Shown here piece by piece: positions 16,030 through 23,275 of a stretch of DNA of 32,000 nucleotides. Every line of letters starts with the position of its first letter. Position 1 is the stretch's first letter. The translations under genes and the position numbers were made by a program. The stretch comes from Erysipelothrix inopinata (GTDB taxonomy: Bacteria > Bacillota_I > Bacilli_A > Erysipelotrichales > Erysipelotrichaceae). The notes beneath the pieces were generated by a model. That model had not been told where the DNA came from. It did no database searches and was given only the letters and a program-made list of their open reading frames with translations. Location of the stretch: the NCBI RefSeq assembly GCF_014396165.1, contig NZ_CP060715.1, positions 1,080,001 through 1,112,000 on the forward strand, in the 5' to 3' direction.

Positions 16030-16863
16030 CTAGTGAACAGGTTTTCCACAATGCGGACATGTTTCCACATGTGCATTCTTTTCCTTCTTTTTATTTAAAA
16101 GTTGAGTTTGTTCGATAAACCCTGCAGAGAGAATACCGGTTGGTATTGCAGTAAGACCAATTCCTAAGAATGTAACAATAGCACTTAGAATTCTTCCAAA
16201 TGTGGTAATAGGGTAAATATCACCATATCCTACAGTAGTGATGGTTGACATGGCCCACCACATTGCCGAGAGTGCATTATTAAACTTATCCGGTTGTGCA
16301 GCGTGTTCGACATCATACATTAACATAGCTGCAATAAAAATCAGAACTAGAATCACAACAATTGAGGAAATTAACTGTGAAGCACGGGTACGTAACACAG
16401 CACCAATGAGATAAAGGGAATCGGTGTAACGATTAATTTTAAAAACTCTAAATAAGCGAACAATTCTCATAATACGAATTGCTCCGGTGCTGACACCAAA
16501 GAATGGTAAGAAAAATGGAAGAATCGAAAGGAGATCAATCAGAGCCATAGGAGTCAGTGCATACTTAAGACGTGCTTTGAGTGGGGGTAAATCAGGATAG
16601 AGAAATTCTGATGTCCATAAGCGAATACCATACTCAATTGAAAATATGAAAATAAAGAATGTTTCCATGGTATTTAGGATATCCATATATGTATTTGCAA
16701 TCTCAAAAGTACTTAAGAATGCAACGACAACACTGATGATGATAAGTATCATCAGAACACCGTCTACAATGTTTGCTGCCATATCATCATTGCCATCGTG
16801 ATCGCGGATTAAATCATATATTTTATGCTCTAAAACTTTATTATGAGACTCTTTCGTTTTCAT
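16030..16863 (-). CDS. Voltage-gated-type (6TM, Kv/KvAP-like) potassium channel
   Basis: Selectivity filter TTVGYGD (16219-16239). S4 voltage sensor RIMRIVRLFRVFK with a basic residue at every third position (16438-16476). Start set at ATG 16863 (SD aaaggaa). C-terminal HVETCPHCGKPVH. Confidence 0.85.
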   Translation of the reverse strand: MKTKESHNKVLEHKIYDLIRDHDGNDDMAANIVDGVLMILIIISVVVAFLSTFEIANTYMDILNTMETFFIFIFSIEYGIRLWTSEFLYPDLPPLKARLKYALTPMALIDLLSILPFFLPFFGVSTGAIRIMRIVRLFRVFKINRYTDSLYLIGAVLRTRASQLISSIVVILVLIFIAAMLMYDVEHAAQPDKFNNALSAMWWAMSTITTVGYGDIYPITTFGRILSAIVTFLGIGLTAIPTGILSAGFIEQTQLLNKKKEKNAHVETCPHCGKPVH

Positions 16864-16991
16864 CTTTGGGGTTCCTTTCAAAAGTTTGGTGTATTAGTTA
16901 CTTCTATCTTATCCATAATAAGAAGAAAAAGCTATGAAATCGGATTTAATAGACAATGGAGATAACATTTCAGATTTAATAAAATAAAGCA

Positions 16992-17000
16992 TGGTATAAT
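16992..17000 (+). promoter_or_regulatory. Extended -10 element (TGgTATAAT) for the dgt-like gene
   Basis: tggtataat at 16992-17000, 46 nt upstream of ATG 17047. Confidence 0.45.
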
Positions 17001-17046
17001 TTTATCAGTACCTCAAGAATGATTTTGATGGTGGTAAGGAGGGTCT

Positions 17047-18519
17047 ATGAAAACATACTTTACAGTAAATAGAATTGGTTTAAAACATCCTATTGCGCAA
17101 GCAATGGAAGATGACATTGTTTTAAGTGAAATTCAAATGGATTACAATACGATTATCATGAGTCCCGAGTTTCGTCGTATGCAAGATAAAACTCAGGTTT
17201 TTCCACTCAGTCGTGGCGACTTTGTAAGAACACGACTAACGCATTCTTATGAAGTGTCGATTATTGCTGAACAGATTGCTCGTTATGCCCTTATTTATCT
17301 TAATAAAAGAAAACCGGATTTGTATGATTGGAATGAAACGGATCGGGAACGATTTGTGGAACTCGCAAAAACAGTGGGTTTGGTTCACGATATTGGAAAT
17401 CCTCCCTTCGGTCATTTTGGAGAGGAATGTATTCGAAACTGGTTTGACGAAAAAAGACGTAAAGTTATATTTATGGATGAAGATCTCAACAAAGTACGAT
17501 TCATGGATTTCTTAAACAAATCTAAAGTTGATTATCCTTTATACGAAGATTTCTTAAACTATGATGGGAATGTTCAGGGCTTAAGAGTTGTGTTAAGATC
17601 TCATCCTTCAAGTGGTGCTCAAGGCATGAACCTCGTTGAATCGCTGATACATTCTATGGTTAAGTATCCCTTCGATTCAAAAACTGCGAAGGAACAAAAC
17701 CATAAAAAATTTGGCTATAACTATGCTGAACGTGAATTATACGAACACGTCATTAACGCAACACAAACCGACAACCCACGTCATGTTGTGACGTATATTC
17801 TCGAAGCTGCGGACGATATTGCGTATCGTACTGCAGACATTGAAGATGCCTTGAATAAAAAAGTAATTACGGTCTTTGATATCAAAAGGTATCTGACTCA
17901 GTATCTTGATTTAGAAAACAAATATGACTCGAGAATTTATGATTCTTTTATGACTTTCTTTGATGATGCTGTTGCAGATGATGATATTGCAGTTGAGCTC
18001 GTAAGGTTGTGGCTTTATGAAGTTCGTATCAATCTTATGAAACATGTTGCTCATCAATTTGCAGAAGACTTTGATGCCATTGTTTCAGGATCAGTTAAAG
18101 ATTATGAGCTTACTGAACATTGTTATGGCAAGAACTTTTTCCTCTTTGCGAAGAAGCTAACACAAGAGAAGATTTATGATAATGACAGTGTTCTTGATCT
18201 TGAAGTTGCAGCTAAGGCATGTATGTATGACTTACTTGATTTATTTGTTGATGCAATGATTGCGTATGATGCGAATATCACTGTCACTCAATCAGATGGA
18301 AACGTTGTTACTTTAAAACCAACTTACTACCAAACTAAATTAGTGAAGTTGATTCCTCAAGAATATCTGTATACTTATGAAGAACAGAAAGTAGAAGGCG
18401 ATGAACCTTATAATCTCTATCTTCGAATTCTATGTGTACTGGACTATGTATCAAGCATGACAGATCGATTTGCTTATGAGAAACGAAGAATTGTGACTGG
18501 ACTTGGTTCAAGTCAATAA
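17047..18519 (+). CDS. dgt: Dgt-family HD-domain deoxynucleoside triphosphate triphosphohydrolase (dGTPase-like)
   Basis: SD aaggagg. Motifs FRRMQDKTQVF, RTRLTHSYEVSIIA, HDIGNPPFGHFGE, AADDIAY. Confidence 0.8.
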   Translation: MKTYFTVNRIGLKHPIAQAMEDDIVLSEIQMDYNTIIMSPEFRRMQDKTQVFPLSRGDFVRTRLTHSYEVSIIAEQIARYALIYLNKRKPDLYDWNETDRERFVELAKTVGLVHDIGNPPFGHFGEECIRNWFDEKRRKVIFMDEDLNKVRFMDFLNKSKVDYPLYEDFLNYDGNVQGLRVVLRSHPSSGAQGMNLVESLIHSMVKYPFDSKTAKEQNHKKFGYNYAERELYEHVINATQTDNPRHVVTYILEAADDIAYRTADIEDALNKKVITVFDIKRYLTQYLDLENKYDSRIYDSFMTFFDDAVADDDIAVELVRLWLYEVRINLMKHVAHQFAEDFDAIVSGSVKDYELTEHCYGKNFFLFAKKLTQEKIYDNDSVLDLEVAAKACMYDLLDLFVDAMIAYDANITVTQSDGNVVTLKPTYYQTKLVKLIPQEYLYTYEEQKVEGDEPYNLYLRILCVLDYVSSMTDRFAYEKRRIVTGLGSSQ

Positions 18520-18525
18520 AATAAA

Positions 18526-18553
18526 ATGGCCCTACTTACGTAGCGCCATTTTT
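18526..18553. terminator. Bidirectional terminator between dgt-like and the ABC exporter
   Basis: atggccctac pairs with gtagcgccat (one mismatch), followed by ttttt. The minus strand also has a T-run. Confidence 0.7.
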
Positions 18554-18554
18554 A

Positions 18555-20270
18555 TTAGTTTCTAAATTGTGCGTTATATAATGCGAAGTAAGCACCTTGT
18601 TTAGCCATAAGATCATCATGTGTACCTTGCTCAGCAATACCACTCTCATCAATAACGATGATACGTGTCGCATGTTTGATGGTTGCTAATCTATGGGCAA
18701 TCATGAGCGTTGTACGACCTTCAGAAAGGGAAGACAGTGACTCTTGGATAATTGCCTCTGTTTCTGTATCAAGTGCAGAAGTTGCTTCATCCAAAATAAG
18801 GATTGATGGATTCTTGAGGAACATTCTTGCAATAGCCAGACGTTGCTTCTGACCACCCGATAATTTAACGCCTCGCTCACCAATTACAGTGTGAATACCA
18901 TCAGCCATCCCATCAATTACCTTTTCAAGATGTGCAAGCCTCACAGCTTGATCAATCTCTTCATCCGTGGCATTAAGTTTACCGTATGCAATATTCTCTT
19001 TAATGGTACCAGGGAATAAAAAGACATCTTGTTGAACAATTCCGATTTGTGTTCGAAGTGATTTCAATGATAAATTGCGAATATCTTGATTATCAATCGT
19101 GATTGATCCTTCGTCAATGTCATAAAAACGAGGTAACAAATGACATAAGGTTGTTTTACCAGCACCACTTGGGCCTACAAAGGCGATAATTTCACCCTTC
19201 TTTATCGTCATATCTAAGTTATCAAGAACGGATGTTCCATCACTATATGAGAATGATACATTCTTATAATCAATAGCATCATTAATTCCTGTTAGTTCAA
19301 TTGGATTGTCAGAATCTTTAATGGTGATAGGTTTATCTATTTCTTCAATAAATCTTTTGAAACCGGCAAATCCTTTTGGATAGCTCTCCACCATAATATT
19401 GATTTTCTCAATGGGACGTGTAAAGACATTGGATAACAAGATAAATCCTACAAAGTTACCAGCTGTAATCTCACCATTAATCGTGAAATAGGCACCAAAC
19501 AGTAAAGCAAATAAATTCATAAGACGAATGAGTAAGTAGTTGTAGGTTGAACTAATTGCCATGGTTTTATAGAATGCAAGTTTTGATGTGCGATAAAGAT
19601 TATTGAGGCGCGCAAATTTGTTCTTCTCAAAATCTTCGTTTGAAAATGCTTGAGTAACCCGAATACCACTGACACTTGCTTCAATTCCAGCATTAAACTC
19701 ACCGAGGTTTTCGTATATTTCTGTATTTACACGTGTCATCTTTTTATTAAAGAAAACAAGAGCTGCGGTAATGAAAGGAACAAGAATTCCGGTAATGATA
19801 GCGAGTGTTGGATGAATACGGTACATCAATATGAAAGAACATGTTAATGTCATAATCGTAATAAAGACATCTTCAGGGCCGTGGTGTGCTAGTTCTGAAA
19901 TTTCAAATAAATCGGTAGTAAGACGTGTCATTAACTTTCCAGTTTTCTGATTGTCATAGTATTCAAACGGTTGTTGTTGCAAGTGGTTGAATAGTTCATT
20001 ACGCATGTCTGTTTCAATGTTAACCCCAAGTTTGTGTCCAAAGTAGACAACAATGTATTGAAAGACAGTATTAATGAGATAAAAACCGAGAAGCCCTAAA
20101 CTAACTAGGAGAACTCTTTTAAGATCCTGTGATGGCATCACAGTATCAATAACGAAGTTCACGATGACCGGGAAACTAAGTTCTAAAATTGCTGCGAGAG
20201 TTGCGCATGTAAAATCTAAAATAAATAACTTTTTGTATGGTTTGTAATAACTAAAAAAACGCTTAAACAT
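18555..20270 (-). CDS. ABC exporter, fused permease + ATPase (MsbA/MdlB-type half transporter)
   Basis: Six N-terminal TM helices. Walker A GPSGAGKTT, signature LSGGQKQR, Walker B ILILDEATSALD. No partner half-transporter gene nearby, so it presumably acts as a homodimer. Confidence 0.9.
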   Translation of the reverse strand: MFKRFFSYYKPYKKLFILDFTCATLAAILELSFPVIVNFVIDTVMPSQDLKRVLLVSLGLLGFYLINTVFQYIVVYFGHKLGVNIETDMRNELFNHLQQQPFEYYDNQKTGKLMTRLTTDLFEISELAHHGPEDVFITIMTLTCSFILMYRIHPTLAIITGILVPFITAALVFFNKKMTRVNTEIYENLGEFNAGIEASVSGIRVTQAFSNEDFEKNKFARLNNLYRTSKLAFYKTMAISSTYNYLLIRLMNLFALLFGAYFTINGEITAGNFVGFILLSNVFTRPIEKINIMVESYPKGFAGFKRFIEEIDKPITIKDSDNPIELTGINDAIDYKNVSFSYSDGTSVLDNLDMTIKKGEIIAFVGPSGAGKTTLCHLLPRFYDIDEGSITIDNQDIRNLSLKSLRTQIGIVQQDVFLFPGTIKENIAYGKLNATDEEIDQAVRLAHLEKVIDGMADGIHTVIGERGVKLSGGQKQRLAIARMFLKNPSILILDEATSALDTETEAIIQESLSSLSEGRTTLMIAHRLATIKHATRIIVIDESGIAEQGTHDDLMAKQGAYFALYNAQFRN

Positions 20271-20455
20271 CTTCTCCTCCTAAATAACAATATCCTTATT
20301 CTACATGAAGTGAGCTAATAAAGATATTAAACCAACCGTTAAATATTGAAATTATGATGGTGTAATTAGGTGAGAACTATTTTCATTTAGACCTATTCCT
20401 CTCTCTAGTTCGTTATATAGATAGTAGCAGTTGTAATTTGTATAAAGGGGATAAC

Positions 20456-20776
20456 ATGAAAAGAAATGGTGTACTAAGCAAAGTTAAAAAAATATTATTG
20501 GGAATATGTCTGTATTTAACTATTTTGAGTAATCAGGTTTATGCAGAAGAAAATCAATGGGTGCTCGAAGCACCTTTGAAATTGCAAACCTCTGATGTAC
20601 TCATACTTGATTCGAATCGCGAAGATGAGGAACCAATTGTTTTAGGAACCAGTAAGAAACCGAAAGAGGAGAACCGTGAGTCAACGATCGTGGGCGAGAC
20701 AGTCTACTTAATCATAAACTTAATAATTGTTATAGGAATTATCGTCTACACTCGAAAAGTAAGAAACAAGCGGTAA
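20456..20776 (+). CDS. Small secreted/anchored protein of unknown function (signal peptide + C-terminal TM + basic tail)
   Basis: SD aaagggga upstream of ATG 20456. Signal peptide ILLGICLYLTILSNQVYA-EEN. C-terminus VYLIINLIIVIGIIVY-TRKVRNKR. Confidence 0.55.
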   Translation: MKRNGVLSKVKKILLGICLYLTILSNQVYAEENQWVLEAPLKLQTSDVLILDSNREDEEPIVLGTSKKPKEENRESTIVGETVYLIINLIIVIGIIVYTRKVRNKR

Positions 20777-20807
20777 GCATTTGATTCTATTGATGGTCAT
20801 CCATGTA

Positions 20808-20835
20808 TTGTAGCATTCGTAAAATATGATATAAT
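20808..20835 (+). promoter_or_regulatory. Promoter TTGTAG-16-TGaTATAAT driving the ridA leader
   Basis: ttgtag at 20808-20813, TG at 20827-28, tataat at 20830-20835. Confidence 0.55.
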
Positions 20836-20867
20836 GCTAGCAATACAAACAGTAAGGAGCGTTTCTG

Positions 20868-20945
20868 ATGAAAAAATCTAATACAACAATTCTATCACTA
20901 GGCATCAGCAACCAAACCGCTGTTTTCTTCGAAATATCCCTCTAG
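20868..20945 (+). CDS. Candidate 25-aa leader peptide / small ORF (MKKSNTTILSLGISNQTAVFFEISL)
   Basis: Strong SD aaggag (20854-20859) 8 nt upstream of the ATG. Below the ORF-track size cut-off. No family recognised. Confidence 0.3.
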   Translation: MKKSNTTILSLGISNQTAVFFEISL

Positions 20946-21007
20946 ATGGGATAAGTGCGTCCTTACTAACCCTAAGCACTAACAGTGGTTTGAAAAGAGG
21001 ATCAATA

Positions 21008-21394
21008 ATGAAAATAATAAGAAGAACACCGAAGAGTGTCAATCAACCTGTGGGAGAGTACGCCCACATTACCAAAATACCAGCAGGAATGGATACGTAT
21101 GTTTTATCAGGACAAATTGGTGTTCAAGAAGACGGAACCATACCAACATCATTTGAAGCAGAAATTACTCAAATGTTTATGAATATTAAAGATGTTTTAC
21201 GAACAGCAAATTTAACCCATGAGAATGTGACCAAAGTAAACATTTGGTCAGTAGAAGAAATTGACTGGGATTTTTTCTATAAAGAATGGAATACATTTTT
21301 TGAAGGGGATTACCCTTCAATGACGATTGCTTATATTAAAGCATTGGGTCTACCGGAAATAAAAATAGAAATCGATATTTGGGCAGCTAAATAA
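21008..21394 (+). CDS. ridA: RidA/YjgF/UK114-family reactive-intermediate deaminase
   Basis: SD aaagagga. Size of 128 aa and motifs YVLSGQIGV...NIWSV... typical of the family. The longer TTG start at 20990 is unnecessary. Confidence 0.7.
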   Translation: MKIIRRTPKSVNQPVGEYAHITKIPAGMDTYVLSGQIGVQEDGTIPTSFEAEITQMFMNIKDVLRTANLTHENVTKVNIWSVEEIDWDFFYKEWNTFFEGDYPSMTIAYIKALGLPEIKIEIDIWAAK

Positions 21395-21414
21395 TCGAAA
21401 GGGTTAGTAACTAA

Positions 21415-21439
21415 AGGAGATGTGAAGGCATCTCTTTTT
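21415..21439 (+). terminator. Intrinsic terminator after ridA
   Basis: ggagatg pairs with catctct (7 bp, one G-U), followed by a T-run (21434-21439). Confidence 0.6.
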
Positions 21440-21467
21440 GTATACTCAAGTTGGTTGTGATTCAAGA

Positions 21468-21496
21468 ATTGTAATTGAAAAGAGATTGGTATATAA
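21468..21496 (+). promoter_or_regulatory. Promoter TTGTAA-17-TATAAT for the M23 peptidase gene
   Basis: ttgtaa at 21468-21473, tataat at 21491-21496. Confidence 0.55.
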
Positions 21497-21542
21497 TTCT
21501 ATATGCAAACAATTCGCATTTGAAAGTTTATGAGGGGACATC

Positions 21543-23039
21543 ATGAAGAATAAGAAAATACAAACGTTTATTTTGTTGAGTATCATTATTTTATTAAGTG
21601 TCATTCTGGGTACACTCACAGCACACAAACATCAACCTTGGATTCATTCCGATTCTTTGAAGACGGGGATCGTAACTCAAAAAAGTGAAAACAAGCATAA
21701 AATACCTTACGAAGTACAAACTTTATACTACAAAGATGAACTTGTAGCCCGTGTAAAAAATATTGAAACAATTAATAAGCACTTTGAAGAAACCTACCAA
21801 GAAGCTTATCAGAAAGAATTTCCAGACTCTAAGATAGGTTTGGATCAAGATTTGTACTATTTGCCTCAACTTACTTATCAGGAATATCAAGATGTCGATC
21901 AAGATGTTATCGATTTCTTGGAAACCAAAAAATTATATAATGTTGAAACAAATAAAGTTACCTTTAGTAATGGCGCTGTTATTTACGTTAAAGATGAAAC
22001 GGACTTTCAGCATGCAAGAGAAAAATTTGCCTTAAACTTCCTGGATGAATCGTCACTAAAGACATTACAAGATAATAAGAAAATTGAGCCGCTGGGAATA
22101 TACGGAGAACAAGTCATTGACTTTAGTGTTAAAGAAACGATTAAAATTGAAAGAGATTATACATCTTTCGATAATATCTATAAAGATGAAGCAGAGATTC
22201 TTAAATTCTTAAGTTATGGTTATGATCCAAGCATTGATAATTATACAACTCAAAAACTTGATACGATTCCCGGAATCGCGTGGCAGTTTGGAATGACCCC
22301 CAATCAGATTGTAAGTATTAATACACCTAAAATTAAAAGTGCTGAACAAATTTTAGAAGAGGGAACCGTTCTCAATGTATCCAAGTTTAACTCACCGTTT
22401 ACAATTGAGACGAAGCACGAACGATTCTTTGAAGAGGTTATTGAGCAACCAAATACTCAGTATATTGAAGACGAGACACTTAATGAAGGTGTTCAAGTTG
22501 TGGAAACGGTTGGAGCGAATGGAATTGCTGAGAAGCGATATCATGACACTTATATTAACGGTTCATCGGTTGATTCTGAACTCATTAAGTCAAAGATACT
22601 CCTTGAGCCAGTTCAAGAGGTCGTACGCGTTGGAACACATGTCGAACCATCACAAGGTAGTGGTCGATTTGGATGGCCTTTAGCGAACGCTTATGTACTA
22701 TGTGGCTTCGGATGTTATACGAATCATCGTGGTGTTGACTTCTCTACGTATGGATCAGGTTATGGGCCAATTCTCGCATCTGATAATGGTATTGTTTCTC
22801 AGAAAGGATACCAAGCTGCAGGTTGGGGTAACTACATTAAGATTGATCATGGTAATGGATATGCAACACTGTATGCACACATGAATGCACCAGGTTACTT
22901 TCCAGTTGGAGCCAAGGTTGCGAAGGGAACCGTGATTGGTTATGTAGGGATGACCGGAAGAACCAATTACCCTCATGTTCATTTTGAGGTGTGGGATCAT
23001 GGAACGCGTGTCGATGGTTGTAAGTTTGTCGGGTGTTGA
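21543..23039 (+). CDS. Secreted peptidoglycan hydrolase: N-terminal anchor/unknown domain + LysM-like + G5 + M23 (LytM-type) metallopeptidase
   Basis: SD gagggg. N-terminal TM/signal FILLSIIILLSVILGTL. LysM-like DTIPGIAWQFGMTPNQIVSIN. G5-like segment ending VVRVGT. M23 motifs HRGVDF, GNYIKIDHGNGYATLYAH, HVHFEV. Confidence 0.8.
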   Translation: MKNKKIQTFILLSIIILLSVILGTLTAHKHQPWIHSDSLKTGIVTQKSENKHKIPYEVQTLYYKDELVARVKNIETINKHFEETYQEAYQKEFPDSKIGLDQDLYYLPQLTYQEYQDVDQDVIDFLETKKLYNVETNKVTFSNGAVIYVKDETDFQHAREKFALNFLDESSLKTLQDNKKIEPLGIYGEQVIDFSVKETIKIERDYTSFDNIYKDEAEILKFLSYGYDPSIDNYTTQKLDTIPGIAWQFGMTPNQIVSINTPKIKSAEQILEEGTVLNVSKFNSPFTIETKHERFFEEVIEQPNTQYIEDETLNEGVQVVETVGANGIAEKRYHDTYINGSSVDSELIKSKILLEPVQEVVRVGTHVEPSQGSGRFGWPLANAYVLCGFGCYTNHRGVDFSTYGSGYGPILASDNGIVSQKGYQAAGWGNYIKIDHGNGYATLYAHMNAPGYFPVGAKVAKGTVIGYVGMTGRTNYPHVHFEVWDHGTRVDGCKFVGC

Positions 23040-23107
23040 TATAATTACTAAAAGTATTGATAAGAATACCGTTCTGTCTACAGCAAATAAAAATATAATA
23101 TAAACAT

Positions 23108-23142
23108 AAAACCACTTACTTCTTAAGAAATAAGTGGTTTTT
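23108..23142 (+). terminator. Intrinsic terminator after the M23 gene
   Basis: aaaccactta pairs with taagtggttt, with an inner ttctt/aagaa extension, followed by ttt. Confidence 0.75.
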
Positions 23143-23196
23143 AATAACAAAGTGAACCTTTTAACATATAAATATCTGTGATTCTTGAGAATTATA

Positions 23197-23224
23197 TTGC
23201 TTCATAAAAAAATCATGATATATT
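23197..23224 (+). promoter_or_regulatory. Promoter TTGCTT-16-TGaTATATT for the LRR surface-protein gene
   Basis: ttgctt at 23197-23202, TG at 23216-17, tatatt at 23219-23224. Confidence 0.5.
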
Positions 23225-23275
23225 AAATATGGTTAACCTAACATATAAATACGGATAACCTAAACAGGAGGTCAT

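Noticed and set aside
17249-19847. ORFs 17249-17515(+), 18658-18852(+), 18701-18883(-), 19517-19702(-) and 19650-19847(+).
   Set aside because: They are alternative frames or antisense within the dgt-like and ABC exporter genes. None has an SD or recognisable motifs.
21446-23150. ORFs 21446-21628(-), 22375-22683(+), 22693-22884(+), 22755-23150(-) and 22837-23115(-).
   Set aside because: They overlap the M23 peptidase gene or run through its promoter or terminator hairpin. No SD and no recognisable domains.
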